Shown piece by piece: positions 40,961 through 56,608 of a stretch of DNA of 64,000 nt (the stretch's first letter is position 1; the number at the start of each line of letters is the position of its first letter). The position numbers and the translations under genes were made by a program. The notes under the pieces were generated by a model. It ran no database searches, was not told the origin of the DNA, and was given only the letters and a program-made list of their open reading frames with translations. The DNA is from the human T2T-CHM13v2.0 reference genome, Homo sapiens, in NCBI RefSeq assembly GCF_009914755.1, contig NC_060927.1; one strand, 5' to 3'.

Positions 40961-41945
40961 CAAACAGACAACCTGCAGAATGGGAAATTATTTTTGTAAA
41001 TTATGCATTTGATAAAGGTCTACTATCCAGCATCTACAAGACACTGAAAAAAATTTACAAGAAAAAAAAAACTTTCCCATTAAAAAGTGGGCAAAGGACA
41101 TGAACAGAAAATTTTCAAAAGGAGATATACATGCGGCCAACACTCATATGAAAAAAAGCTCAGCATTACTGATCTTTAGAGAAATGCCAGTCAAAATCAA
41201 AATGAGATACGATCTCACACCAGTCAGAATGGTTAAAGAAATTTAAAAGTCAAAAACAACAGATGCTGGAGAGGTTTCAGAGAAAAAGGAATCCTTATAC
41301 ACTGTTGGTGGAAGTGTAAATTGGTTCAACCATTGTGAAAGACATTGTGGTGATTCCTCAAAGACGTAAAAACAGAAACACCATTTGACCCAGCAATCCC
41401 GTTACTGGGTGTATATCCAAAGGAATAAAAATCATTGTATTATAAAGACATGCATATGTTCATTGCGGCAATATTCACAAAAGCAAAGACATGAAATCAG
41501 CCTAAATGCCCATCAATGGTAGTCTGGATTTTAAAAAATGTGGGACATGTACACCATGGAACAGTATGTAGCTATAAAAAAGAATGAGATTATGTCCTTT
41601 GCAGGAACATGGATAGAGCTGGAGGCCATCATCTTTAGCAAACTAAAACAGGAACAGAAAACCAAATAGTGCATGTTCTCACTTATAAGTGGCAGCTAAA
41701 TGATGAAAACACATGGACTCATAGAGGGGACCTACACACACTGGGGCCTATTGAAGGGTGGAGGATGGAAGGAGGGAAAGGATCAGGAAAAATAACTAAT
41801 GGGTACTAGGCTTAATATCTGGGTGGTGGAATAATCTGTACCACAAACCCCCATGACACAAGTTTATCTATGTAACAAACCTGCACACGTACCCCTGAAC
41901 TTAGAGTTAAATAAAAAATATTAAAAGATAAACAATGGAAAAAAA
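40961..41945 (+). mobile_element. L1PA15/16-like 5'-truncated LINE-1 (ORF2 end and 3' UTR)
   Basis: cccattaaaaagtgggcaaaggacatgaacag...acctgcacacgtacccctgaac; 15-bp TSD actgtatatactctc/actgtacatactctc. Confidence 0.93.
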
Positions 41946-42109
41946 ACTGTACATACTCTCCACATATTACATTTGATTCTTTTGGCCCTTTGCTGTAATA
42001 ATTTCTGTCCAATCAAACATTTCACCAGTGCCTACATCCAAAATATATACCCAATGCGATGGAAATGCTCAATCATAACATAGAATAAATTAACCCTTTC
42101 CTATAGTTC

Positions 42110-42790
42110 TGTTACCGGCAGCAAATCCGTACGGGTCTGCAACAACCCCAGTTCTTGCCTCCTCAGAAGAAAGAATTTGACCAAGGAGGCATAGGGCAGA
42201 AGGAGAGACTGAGACAAATTTTACAGGAGTGAAAGTTTATTAAAACATTTTAGAGCAGGAATGAAAGGAAGTAAAGTACATTTGGAAGAAGGCCTAGCAG
42301 GCGACTTAAGAGATCAAGTGCGTCATTTGACCTTTTGACTTGGGGCTTTGTATGTTGGCATACTTTTGGGGTCTTGCATTACTTCTCACCTGATTCTTCC
42401 CTTGGGATGGGCTGGCACATGTGCAGTGGGCTGTCTGCAAGTTCAGTGGCCAGTGTGTTTAATGGAGTCGTAGGTATGCTCACTTGAGGCATTCTTCCCT
42501 TACCAGTCGTTCCGAGAAGAAGATCTAGGTTAGACTCCACCATTTTGCCTCTTAGTGTGCATGCTTAAACCCACTTGCCCAGCTCCTGAGATCTTATCAG
42601 GAGGCTGCTGATCATCAGTTTCAGGTTTTTTTTTTTGGTTGTTTATTTGTTTTGTTTTGCTTTGCTTTTGTTTTTTTCTCTATTGGGAGACTGCCTTTCC
42701 CTGGTGCTGGCTGAGACCAATTATTATTTTAGAGAGACAGTTAACAACTGCCTAACCATCATTTGAATTTGATGGTCGCCTGACATTCCT

Positions 42791-42827
<37 letters not shown>

Positions 42828-42884
42828 TGATAGGGGAAGCGCTCTCCTGCCCTGCTCATACCTGACTAGCTACCTACTGTAATA
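42110..42884 (-). mobile_element. MER50-like ERV1 solo LTR
   Basis: Ends tgttacc.../...ctgactagctacctactgtaata (reverse complement of the MER50 5' end); 4-bp TSD gttc; internal (TG)n. Confidence 0.8.
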
Positions 42885-43145
42885 GTTCTGGTAAAAATTA
42901 AACGTGAGAAATCTAGTTATTGTGTTGGGTGGGCTGCTGAACTTAAAGATCATGTTCATCAGTGGATAAGTTGCATCCTTCATCCAGTTTACAAGTCACG
43001 GAATACACTTACCCATGACTTATAACTTAGACAAGAAAAAGTCTGAATTGCTCCATGTTGGTGTGCATTGGAGGGAGAGAAAGACACATATTATATTTAT
43101 TTATGACTTGGTGAAATGGGGATACTTAAATTATAGAAGCTTCCT

Positions 43146-43790
43146 TTCTTAGTCCATTTAGGCTGCTATAACAAAATACTATAAACTGAGTGGCTTATAA
43201 ACAACAGAAATTTATTTCTGACAGTTCCAGAAGCTGAGAAGTTCAAGATCAAGGCACCCGAAAATATGGTGTCTGCTGAGGCCCACTTCCTGTTACATAT
43301 AAGGTGTCTTCTCATGGAGTACTAGCATGGCAGAAGAGGGCAAGACAGCTCTATGGGGACTTTGTTACAAGGACACTAATCCCATCAATGAGGGTTCCCC
43401 CAACCTGATCTAATGCCCCCCTTACATGTCCCACTTCCTAATACCATCAAATTAGTGATTAGGTTGTTTTTTTTTTTTTTTTTGAGACAGAGTTTCGCTC
43501 TTGTTGCCCAATGGCATGATCTTGGCTCACCGGGTTCAAGCGATTCTCCTGCCTCAGCCTCCCGAGTAGCTGGGATTACAGACATGTGCCACCACGTCCA
43601 GCTAATTTTGTATTTTTAGTAGAGATGGGGTTTCTCCATGTTGATGAGGCTGGTCTCGAACTCCCGATCTCAGGTGATCTGCTCACCTTAGCCTCCCAAA
43701 GTGCTGGGATTACAGGCATGAGCCACCATGCCCGGCCTAGGTTTTCAACATATGAATTTGAGGGAAACACAAACATTCAGACATTACCAT
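43146..43790 (-). mobile_element. MLT1A-like MaLR LTR interrupted by an Alu
   Basis: tcttagtccatttaggctgctataacaaaatac...aagatcaagg...ttcaacatatgaatttgagggaaacacaaacattcaga. Confidence 0.82.
43468..43737 (-). mobile_element. AluS (Sp/Sq-like) with small internal deletions
   Basis: gagtttcgctcttgttgccca...gagccaccatgcccggcc; taggtt on both sides. Confidence 0.93.
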
Positions 43791-44587
43791 CCACCTTGAA
43801 TTATTTAATCGAATTTGGGGACATTCCTACTATCCAGTTTATCCATATGAGAGAGTAGTTGATGATTCCAATGTGAGCCATTTAGGCTGTAAGATTGATA
43901 CTGAAAAATGTACAATGGCTGCAGTGTAATTATTACTTTCCTAGTGATGTCATTAAAATGAAGATCTAAGAAACTGATTTCATTATTCAAAGTGGGCTTT
44001 TGTAACTGCTCCTGTATTTAAAGAGAAAATATCAAACAACTTTAATAGAGCCTTCCATCCGAGGATTCTCTGTTGAGGCAAACCACACATTTATATAAGA
44101 TATATACATATATTCCCAATACTTTCTTGACATGACTACCCAGCACTCACTTTTGATATGCCCATCCTAATGTTCTTTTATTTAAAATCCTACTTAGATC
44201 ATTGGGCTAGTGAAAAGTCAATTAAAAAAACAAATAATAATTTAAATAGGGAGGGTAGATATATTACTGGGCTTATTAACACTAGCTTTAGCAATCATTT
44301 TTCTATGACTTTTCATTTAAAATGAGACACTTTTAAATGCAAGCAATTGGCAGCATGTTATTCAGCCATTAAAAATAATGGTAAAAAAGACTACATAATA
44401 GAGTTTAAGATATAATAGTAAATAGAATATATACAATAGTATATACTGTATATACAATAGTAAAAGAATATATACAATATCTACTAAGATTGGAGCTTTG
44501 TTTTAAAAAGCAATACATTTTTAATAAGAAAATATATAAACATATTAATAGTATTTATTTTTACGTGTGTGACAGAATTTCTGTTCA

Positions 44588-44954
<367 letters not shown>

Positions 44955-45057
44955 TAAATAACATATTAGATCTAATAAATGAAATAAATATCAGACATAT
45001 AACATATATGTTAGAAAATGACATGTATAGTAGATGAACATATGTTAATATAAAGCT

Positions 45058-45305
45058 ATACAGTGTAGGGAAATAATCCTGTAGATTCTGGACTCTGACA
45101 GAACTTAGATGGTGATTCCCCTTAGCAAGTTAGCTCAACTCTGTGTAGCTCCATTCATTCATGTATAAAATGGGTATATACAAATAATCTTAATTTATGA
45201 ATTAAGATAAATATATTGTTAGGAACAGATGTATTTATATATATAATGAAACTAAAATAGTGTCTCGCACATAGTAGGTAGTAAATATGTATTAACTATT
45301 ATGAT
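45058..45305 (+). mobile_element. MIR
   Basis: cttagcaagttagctcaactctgtg...tgtataaaatggg...gcacatagtaggtagtaaatatg. Confidence 0.65.
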
Positions 45306-46989
45306 GAAATTTATACTATAATGAAAACACTTTAAAATTGCAGACAACCTAATATTCAGTGTTCTTCGAAAACACATAGTGAATTCCTGGAATTTAATTT
45401 AAAATACATAATAACATCTCATATATTGAGGTTACTTGCATGACATCTTTAACTATTTGGAAAAAAGTAAACAATATAGATTTTAAGTATTGGAATACTT
45501 TTAAAAAAGAAATGCCGGAAAGTTCATAGGCTGATGCTCATGTAACTCATTCTTCACATAGTCTCAAGCTCTCACTCAGAGAATTTCTTCTTATTTTGCA
45601 TCCAATGCTAATACCCGGCTAATATAGAAATTTTTTTCCCTTATAACCACAGCAAACAAGGAACAGGTAAAAAAAAAATGGTGGCCATTGGAAACAGTCT
45701 CTCTGACAAGAGTGAAAAAAAAGAGCTGATAGCCACATGGTGGAAACAGAGACAGGACTGCTGCACATTATGAAGAAACAAAACCACGACCACAACAAAA
45801 CCAAGCACTGTTCATTCTGTAGAGGGATAAACAGCCTCTAGATGGAAAATATCATTTTGTATTTTGCTGTAGAGTGAATACAAAAAGGTGATGCTTCTGC
45901 TAAATTATTATGATTGTTATGGTTAGAACTCACTGTTTCGGAAAGCAGGAATATTTTTTCACACATTTTTAAAGAATTTTTTTAACTTTAGTACTTTTGT
46001 GTGGGATGGGCTATGGAAAGAAATAATTGCATTAAATAACTTATTCCTTAACAATTTCAGATAATTGAGTAACAATACAGAAATTCTAAATCACAATTTT
46101 TTAAAAAAAGAGTTTTCCTCCTTTACAGTTCAGAATATTTAAAAAATAATCTACAGGCACTTACATTACAACAAAGTCAATCAATTTAACTAACAATAGT
46201 TATTGAAGAAGAAAATTCATTAGTGAATAGGTTGCAGCAAAAATTAACGTATCTTCACATAGAAATTTTCTCCAGATTTTACATTTTTAAAAAAATAAGA
46301 CTTTCTGCTCTCTAAAAAGACAGTGCAAAGTGAAAAATGAGGAAGAAAAATCAACAGAAATTGAACATGCAAATTATATTCATTTAATCTTTGTCCTCTA
46401 AAAATTCAGAATATAATAGAAACCAGATAACCAAAATAAGGGAGAGATTATAATTGTGTTTATCAGTATTCAGAAGTCAAAAAATGGTAAGAAGGGATTA
46501 TCCTGGCCTAAATAATGATAGAGTGATATCAACCACCTAATAACTTCTCTGAGAAAATACTGTTCCTGACATTTAATGCTCCAAATTCTTCCTGTAATCT
46601 TTGTTCCACTTTTTGATATGTCATAAAAGTTTACACTTTTGTAATTCAATCATGATTCATGTTTTTATATTGGAATAATGAGCTTCAGTCTTGATATCTT
46701 GCTAAAGTTAACTCCAAATACTTAAACAATGTGAAATATTTTTCTTTTAAAAACTAAACACGAAACTCAATAGGAAGACTGAACCATAATTCTTCTTTTT
46801 TGTCAAAACTAAGACTATATTTCCTCAATTGCAAATTATCTTTGATTGTAAGAATCATCACCAAACTAGCGAAAATTCTTGAAAGAAAAACATTCTCATA
46901 TTTAAAATATATTTTGGTTGTGAAATGAGATTTAACTTCACAAAAGTTAAAATTATAAAAATGTAAACATTATTTCTTAAAATTTGCTC

Positions 46990-47112
46990 CTTAGGGATGG
47001 ATAGATAATGTGATAAAGCAAGTGTAACAAAATGTTAGGTGTAGTTATATGAATTTGTATTATATTCTCTTTACTGTATGTTTGAAAATTTTCCAGATAA
47101 AATCTTGGGAAA
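46990..47112 (+). mobile_element. L1ME-type 3' end fragment
   Basis: ggatggatagata...gataaagcaagtgtaacaaaatgtta...ctgtatgtttgaaaattttcc. Confidence 0.6.
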
Positions 47113-47712
47113 AATATGCTTCTTAGAACAGAGAAGTTTAAAACTCCTTATTCAAATTAAGAAAAATAACATTTATTAGGCTTTCAATTGCATTTACTGA
47201 ATTCCCTCTCTATGATTACTCATTTATAAATGGTTTTATAAAATCGTATCCTCATAAGTCAGGTGTGAATTAAAGTCATTTCTTGGGCAATACAGTCCAC
47301 ATAAGTAACTTCATTCTTACCCATTAGTCTTATTCACATTTTCTCCTTTCCTGGTACTCCAAACCTCCTCCCAAAGAATTTTCAAAATATATAGATCTTC
47401 CCTTTGGAGCACTTTTCAAATTAGACCTTGTATTGTGGTCATTGTGTCTGACCTTAAGCATTTTGAGTGAACATATTTTGTACTTTATCCTTCATAGCAG
47501 AAGATTACAGAGTAAGAAAGGCTACCCTTAGAAAGAAAGTGGATATGTTTTTCTTCTTTAAATTAAAAATCTAATGGGCAAATTTCTAATTTTTAATCTG
47601 TCACTAAACTATTGAAAAGTAAATATGTTGTCTGTTGGCAGCAAAAAGATTTAAAAATACATATAAGCTCCACTTTTTTAAATGAGCTATTCATTCTATA
47701 ACTTTTCACATA

Positions 47713-47762
47713 TTAGGCTGGTGCAAACATAATCGCGGTTTTTGCCATTACTTTTAGTGGCA
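47713..47762. mobile_element. MADE1 (Hsmar1-derived MITE), partial
   Basis: ttaggctggtgcaaacataatcgcggtttttgccattacttttagtggca matches one TIR plus the centre of MADE1, preceded by TA. Confidence 0.85.
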
Positions 47763-48039
47763 TTATCTGAGCTTCTATCATGGTCAAGAAAAGACTCTGA
47801 CTAGAGCAGTCTTCCAACTTCCGTTACAATGATGATTGTCAATGGATTTGTAATGAAATTAACAAATTTTTGGATAAAATCATTAATATTTATGCATAAT
47901 TTTTAAAAGGCCAAATAGTACAAAAACGTATATATGAAAGTTATTCTTTTCTGATCATACATACCACAAGCACCAAATATTTTACCAACTTTCTACAGTA
48001 ATGACAATCACTTTTTCCTTTCAGGAATATTTGATGAAG

Positions 48040-48471
48040 TATATATATGTGTGTGTGTGTGTGTGTGTGCGTGTGTGTGTATATTTATGTATGTGCACAT
48101 ATATATTTATGTATGTGCATACATATATATATTTATGTATGTGCATACATATATATATTTATGTATGTGCATACATATATATATTTATGTATGTGCATAC
48201 ATATATATATTTATGTATGTGCATACATATATATATTTATGTATGTGCATACATATATATATATTTATGTATGTGCATACATATATATATTTATGTATGT
48301 GCATAAATATATATTTATGTATGTGCATAAATATATATATATTTATGTATGTGCATAAATATATATATATTTATGTATGTGCATAAATATATATATATTT
48401 ATGTATGTGCATAAATATATATATATTTATGTATGTGCATAAATATATATATATATTTATGTATGTGCATA
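48040..48471. repeat. (TG)n tract followed by a ~26-bp VNTR of about 15 copies
   Basis: Unit (at)n-ttatgtatgtgcata(c/a) counted about 15 times. Confidence 0.97.
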
Positions 48472-49104
48472 TGACCGGTTTTTGGATTATATTATATGAT
48501 TGTTAAACAAATACTTTTTAATTTTTTTGCCTAATCTTAAGACATTAATTACTAATAGTTTTAATATGCAGCCTTTAGGAAAGAAATCACATATGTAAAA
48601 ATATTCACTACATGCTCTAAAATGAGCCTTGGTGGAAACATGAAGAGGATATAACATAACGTTAAGTTCAGAAAAGAATACGAGTTTTATAACTCAGTAT
48701 AAGCCACTATATAAAACATATAGTTACTTAAGATGATTGGAAAAAGAAACTGAAAAATTTTAATAGCCTTTGTACATTTGTGGTGAAATTTATGGAATTT
48801 TTTCCTCCTATTTCACCCAAAACTATCCCAAAACTTTAAAAAATATTCAAAATCTTACTATATTTAAAATAAATATTTGAATAATGCAAAATAAAATAAT
48901 ATGTAACATTTATTTTTTTCTTACTTTAAATGAAAAGTTTACAGTAGAATCTCTACAAAATCGTTTGTGTTTGGCACAGTTATTTTATTTTTCTTGTTAT
49001 AAATCCCCAAAGCCAAGATTCAGAATCTTTTAGCATCCAAAATGTAATCTGGAAATGTGGTGTAAAATATTTCCTGAAGGAATACTATTATCTTTACATA
49101 GACA

Positions 49105-49420
49105 AAACGTGGAGCTGGAGGCCATTATCCTTCGCAAACTAATACAGGAACAGAAAACCAAACACTGCGCATTCTCACATATAAGTGGGAGCTAAACAAT
49201 GAGAACACATGGACACATAGAGGGGAACAATACACACTGGAGCCCACTTGAGGGTGGAGGTGGGAGGAGGGAGATAATCAGAAAAAATAACGATTGGGTA
49301 CTAGGCGTCGTACCTGGGTGACAAAATAATCTATACAACAAACCCCGTGACATGAGTTTAGATTATCCATATAACAAACCTGCACAGGTACCTTTGAACC
49401 TAAAATAAAAGTAAAAAACA
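49105..49420 (+). mobile_element. L1PA16-like 3' end
   Basis: ggagctggaggccattatcc...gagaacacatggacacatagagggg...acctgcacaggtacctttgaacctaaaataaaag. Confidence 0.9.
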
Positions 49421-50604
49421 AGTATGTGGGTGTTTGTCAGAAGCACTCATTTCCTTACAGCCATTTTGTTTTATATCTAGCGTGGTAATAACAAGCTGAT
49501 TAACTTTTCTGGAGTAGTTAAGTGTAAAATTACAAAGCTGCCAATGCATGCGTATTCTGCTGGTATCTCAGAAAAAGGTTTTATGAAAAGTGCTTTTATT
49601 ATTTTAAGCCACAATTATACCACGAAAGAAAAACACATACCTGCATAATTTTCCAAAGTATTAAGTAACTACCAAATACGTCCCGTACTCTCACCCCTAA
49701 ATCCAAACCCAGACCTGGGTTTCAGATCTTTGCATACACACATTCTCTGCATTTTTTCATGACTGTGTATCCTGGCCTTTAGATATAATGTAAAGTTCTA
49801 TGCCACAACTATACCTGTGGTCACTACAAAATGAATTTTAGTATGTTTATATTTGCCCACATAATTATTTGACACTTCATAATTGATCGTAAGGATCCAT
49901 CACTCAATGAATTTCCCTTTTGAATAATTAATTATGAATAAGAAATGCAGTCAGTCATGTGTTTAATTTCTCTTAGTCCCAATTATGTATCAGGGAAAGA
50001 AAGCAAATGAGTTCTCCATTTTAAGAAGTATTTTTTGTTTGCCTTTTGCTTTGTATTCCTGCAATATGGCATCATTTGCTGCTCAGGGCAGAGACTTTTA
50101 AATCATTATGAATGCAAGCAAAGTGTTAATAGGTTTTGCTGCATGGCATATATGCTATTATATATGTGTATGTATAGCGTATATATGCTAATATTACATT
50201 TTGTTTTTTCCTCAAATGCCAAGATATAAAATAAAGTAATATCATAGAATAATAATAAAAAACATTCATTTTGCTTCAAAACTTATTTTGTATTGACATT
50301 AGTAACATAAGTGAATGATTAATTTGCAAAAGGTAAGCAATTAATATCAGAGGCTAGCAAAGGTTCAGATACTTTACGAGAGAAGGCAATAAGGTTCAGA
50401 AGCAAGTGACAATAAAAAGGAGACTAGAACAGGAAATAGAGATTACGTAGGAGGCCTTTGGAGAACATTCAAATGAAGGACATGTTACAAGTTCCCATTT
50501 TACTGCCTTTATTGCCGCAATTGAGGGCGTTGTTTATCAAACTGTCAAAAGAAAAGAGAGAGAATAGGATTTTTAAAAATCATTAATTAAAACTAAATTA
50601 TTTT

Positions 50605-50935
<331 letters not shown>

Positions 50936-52314
50936 CTAGATTATTTTTTACTTCTTAAAAATCAACAAGGATCCAAATATTTCAAGACACAGTAAAGAAG
51001 GTGCCTGAAATTCATCACACCAAGTGTTGGTCTCTGCAGAGTACCTATTTTATGACAGGTTTGAAATAGAAGTTGGGGATACCATAGAATATAAAAACTC
51101 CGATCTCTTTTTAAAAATCAATAGCTTTTAAAATCCTAAATGCTCTCACTTCTGAGATTAATAAACACTAAGAATCCATCCTGAACACACACAATGGCTT
51201 CTATTACAAAAGGAAAAATGAAAACAGTGCTATTACTGACACAGTCAATAGATCCCAACTCAGTGTATATTGTACTTTCTATATTTTTAATTTAAATGCA
51301 TACAGTTCTAGGGACGGGAGCGTGATCAGCATTCATTCACTTCAGAGCATAATAGAAGATATGGAAGTTTTTCCCATAAATAAACATATAACCTGTCTTG
51401 GGTACTATCTGCTTAAAATATTTTCTCTGGAAACTTATCTAGCCATTCTCAGTACGTGGTTCTTCCGCTAGCCTGTTCTTTATTACTGCTTTCCTTCCTT
51501 CCACTAAAACTTGAGCAGAAAATCATGAAATTGTGGTCTCTGCTTCAGGTTTGAGGACATAAAACCTAGAGTCCACAAAAACAGCAGCCTTCCTTGAAAT
51601 AAGAGAGGATACAAGAAAAGTTTGCATTCACACTTTCCTTAGCTTAAAGGAACACACAATTTTAGAAGCATAATGAATTTTCAGAGTACCTGAAAATATT
51701 TCTTACTTTTTGTGTTTATATGCCCTTACAGTAAAAGGGACCTCTACTTTAAAAATTTTTAAAGTAGTTAATATATATTAACTCAAACAATCCTTCAGCA
51801 AGACTTCTATTCTTATTATGAAGGGTGAGACTGCCAATAAATCATTCGAGAGAGCTTTACAGTATTCATGTGGAGTGTGCTGCAGATCCACTTAATCCAA
51901 TTAAGTTCAAGAAGTAATTCTCTCACTGATGGCATCCAGAATTTCTATGGCAAATTCACAAATGCATTCAGAGGGCAGAGTAAGCTCTATAATATTTGCC
52001 TTGGGGACTGCATAAACAGGCTTTTTTTTTTTTTCTTTTAACATATTATTTGGCAGACGTAGGTTTTAGTGGTGGTACAATCACTATATCTAGAGTTATC
52101 AGTTTATTTTAACTCATTAACTCTTTATCAGCCAAAAGGCAGTTCTATAATGAAATTTATCTTAATGAAAAGCAAGCCTTTATTTATTGAACTGCCTTAT
52201 TAAAAAATGTAATCACTTTTTCTGTATGTGAACCAGCAAAGTGTTCTGTTTACCTAATGTAAATTATTTTGTGTTAGAATTTTAAATAGAAAAAAGAAAG
52301 AAAAAGAGACTAAG

Positions 52315-52798
<484 letters not shown>

Positions 52799-52919
52799 TC
52801 AAAACCCCAAGAGAAATGGCAATATTTGTACGTGACGGAAGGTGAAATTTAAGAAAACAATGATTTTTTTTTTTTTCAGAATGTTATGGCAATCTTCCAG
52901 AAAGCCACAGATGATTCAG

Positions 52920-53045
52920 CCCCTTGCTACTCGAAGTGTGGTTCTCAGACCAGCAGTATAAACATCATCAGGGAGATTCTTAGAAATGCTGGCGTCAGGC
53001 TTCATTCTGGCACATCCAGGGGATTCTTATTCCTTCTAAACTAAG
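52920..53045. mobile_element. MER5A (hAT-Charlie) fragment
   Basis: ccttgctactcgaagtgtggttctcagaccagcag...catcagggagattcttagaaatgc. Confidence 0.75.
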
Positions 53046-56000
53046 AGTAGTAATTTTTGCCTTCAAAGATACTTGCCATCCCCACTGGATTTTAACAATT
53101 GTAAATAACATTGTGACATTGATGCATTGCTAGACCATCAGTTCTTGCAGCTGAAGAAGTACAGTGCTGCAGCCAGGAGGCAGGATTTCTCTTTTTCAGA
53201 CAGCTCTGACCTTCCCAGGGCAGTGATTGATTTTAGATGACCAGGTGCCTGAAGAAAATTAACCTGGAGTTGTAAAATCAAGATGAAATTTGAGTTAATC
53301 TCTAATCAGTCTGACGAATGATTCAAGGGCTTCAACATTGGTCATCTCCAGTGAAACCTTTTAAAACAGCTATTTGTGTTTATAGCTTTCTCTTATAACC
53401 ATCAGGCGGTTTCTATATTTATTCAAAAATTATAGAATGCATTCTACTCTGAGTTTTTAAAAATTTCTCTAAGTGATTTATGCTGACTTAACACCTGTTG
53501 AAAACAAATGCCTTTCAGTTACTTAAAAGAAAAACTCAAATTAATAATAGGCTTGCCTTCAAACTTTGCCTGTGGCACAAATATTTTCTTTAACTAATGT
53601 ACTATAGTATTTAGTCAGGGACCATGCTGCTTCCAAAATAGATCCAGAACTATTGTTTGTTCATTCACAACAAATTAACGAAGAGGTCATGCTGCAGCTA
53701 CCATGATTTTTAATCCAAAAATACTGTTTTTAAACATAGGTTGATGAATCATTTATTTTCCTTCTCAGGAACCAAATACATATTTTTGTTACAGTGACTG
53801 GTTTTATAAAAGTAATATATAAAGTTTAGGGTATTTTATTTTTGCATTTAAGATACTGTAAAACTTAAATCCTACCTAGTTACAAGTTAAATAAATGGTT
53901 ATGTTTAAAAGATAATTTCTAATTCATTAATTACTAATTAGTGGCTCCGCTGCCTCTTCCTGCCATGTAGGCTTTGATTATTTTACTACTGTTATAAGCC
54001 TCCCCAAACATGGCCAAGTCCCAAAGGGAAGAGCAATCAATCAAATCTATTTTAAGAGTACTGTACTAAGGAAGTTTTGGAGTAAATGAATTTTAAAAAT
54101 AAATCTCTGACCCTCTCCCAGCTTATAATCTTTCAACATATAAAGATAAATATGTCCAAATTACTATTACAAATAAAAGTGCATAGAATATAAATATGTA
54201 TGAAGAGATAAATAAAAGGAATATGTTTGTGCAAAGCATTCCTCTTAGCCCATGAATATGTGCTATAAAATGGAGTTGCACTGAGAAGGCACCAGAAACA
54301 GATGACTCTTCAGAGCTTGTAAGACGGTACTGAACTGGTGAATGGAAGGAGGAAATTATGAGCTGGGGAGAGACACATAAGCTAAACCAGGGGAAAGAAG
54401 ACATGTAGAGGAAAATATCCAAGTATGATAGAAAATAAAGAATAATTTCACCAAAAATGGGGAACAGGTACTGTAGGTATAGGCATAAGATTGGGAGTCA
54501 TTTTAACAATGTCAGGGAAAATTTTGTGGAAGATGAAATGAGGATTTTGGCAAAAAAGTTTTCATTTCTTCATATATGCTCTAAGAGCTATGTTTGCTTC
54601 CTGTTAAAAACACTTGTCACAACAATTTGCCATTTGGCAATTATTAAAAAAAAAAAATGAAAGTAATACCAGTGATGGCATTCTGTTTTCTATTTTTGAG
54701 ATAAACCAAAGAGTGACATTAGTCATAACATTATAACGTTTCTCTTATTATTATGATGATGGTTATTATTATTATTATTATTTTACTTCAGCAGGGAAAT
54801 TGGGTCTCTAGGGCCCATATCTGCTGCCATATATGCACTCCAATGCATGACAATACTGGCCACTTCATGAAGATATATAGTTAGTCCATTCCAGGTGTCC
54901 CTAAAGAGAATATGAACATTCAACTTAATGATTATTCAAAAGTTAGGGACAATTGCCAATTCAAATGTGGACCATGGATTCTAACTTCAAATCTGTTCTC
55001 TGTCTCCCTTTCCCCCAATGTTTCATTCATCAAGTCCTTAAATTTTCTAAGCCATTATCAAAATGAACTGGATCTGCACCAGGATTTTAGAAAGGAGCAG
55101 TCCCATAGCTCATTGTCATTCCCTTGAGCTAGCCAGTCCCATGGGCCATACCTAACAACAGTGAATGCAAAGAATAAATCAAACTCTCGGGTCACTTTAA
55201 AAAGCTTAGTTTTCTTATGAAAATGAAGCTTTAACTTTGCCTGGCACATCAGGGATCTAAAGGAATACAATCTTCCATTTATTTGCATTAGCCGGAAAGG
55301 TATTGTGCCAACACGGAACCTTATTTTCAGCAAACGCAATTTTGCAGGAGAGAAGGAAAAGGAAGAATTAAGATATCTATCTGAAGTGAATTTAACCAGA
55401 TACAAAAATTCTGTTATGGCTAAATAAGTGCAAGTAATAAAGATACCTGTTTACAGAATAGTGCTTTCTTTACTAAAATTCTACATTGCCTGTTAGAAGA
55501 TGAGAGTATGTCAGAAGCACACAGCTTCGAGCTAAGCAGCTGCAACATATTTCAAAGCTGTACATGAGCTATGCGTTAGAGGAAGGAAGTAAAGGCTCAT
55601 CTCAGTATATTTTAGAGAACAAATTAAAACAGTAGTTTGTCTCTCTGAAGCAAACTGATTAATAGTTACACACAAACTCATCAATAATGCTAATGCCTAG
55701 CAATAGGTTAATGCTGTACATTAGCCTATTTGATATAAATGAAACCACAGGAAACATTTATTTAAGTTGTGAGTTTCATTGTGTGATTGCCTCTTTCCCA
55801 AGTTTGACCTTATAATTAAATTGTTCACACCACACATATAATTATTTTCTGCTAGTTGGTGTACATTTAATATTCAGGCAATCCTTTTAGCCAATGTCAG
55901 TATAATTTAGTTAATAATCACTATCTATTACAAATACAAAGATTGAGCCTCTTTGCTCCTCTCACCTCCAACATATATGCATTCTAAAGTGTTTCAGACA

Positions 56001-56485
56001 TTTCCTTTTTTTCCCTCTCTAATGGTTTTTCTTCCATATAATCTCATATATCTCATGAATAAAATTTAGTATCACAGTTTGGGAATTTAAGTGAGGAAAT
56101 TTTGTTTTCCACTGAAATTAATTTGGGGAAATTTTTCTTTATTATATAAATCTACAAATCTGAACATAATCCAAAAAAGTAAAAATCTATATACCGTAGT
56201 GTGCTGTATAGTATAGACTAGATTTAAAGAATTAGTGAGGCTAACCAAAAACTAGTGGTAACAAGATGGTTTTATATATTTTCTTAAACTGTTTATTTAC
56301 TTTATATTTTATTGATATATCATTTGATTATCTAAAAAGCAATTTATAAGTTACGCCCCCAAAATAGCACCGTATAGACACATAAGTGAAAAAATAATTT
56401 CTACCTTTTGTTTTTCATTTAATATGTTTGAACATTTATATTTTAAATACTCATTATCTTATATAGAGACTTGTAGCTATAGAGC

Positions 56486-56566
56486 GAGCTTGTCCAACCC
56501 ATGGCCTGGTGGGCCGCATGTGACCTAAAATGGCTTTGAATGTGGCTCAACACAAATTCGTAAACT
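56486..56566 (-). mobile_element. MER30 (hAT-Charlie) terminal fragment
   Basis: agcttgtccaacccatggcc...ggctttgaatgtggctcaacacaaattcgtaaacttt. Confidence 0.85.
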
Positions 56567-56608
56567 TTTTTTTTTTTTTGAGATGACATCTTGCTCTGTC
56601 ACCCAGGA
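56565..56608 (-). mobile_element. Alu 3'-end stub
   Basis: poly-T + gagatgacatcttgctctgtcacccagg, then abrupt end. Confidence 0.75.

Noticed and set aside
48001-48471. Regular array that could suggest CRISPR, and repetitive ORFs
   Set aside because: Head-to-tail low-complexity VNTR with no unique spacers, in eukaryotic DNA with no cas genes
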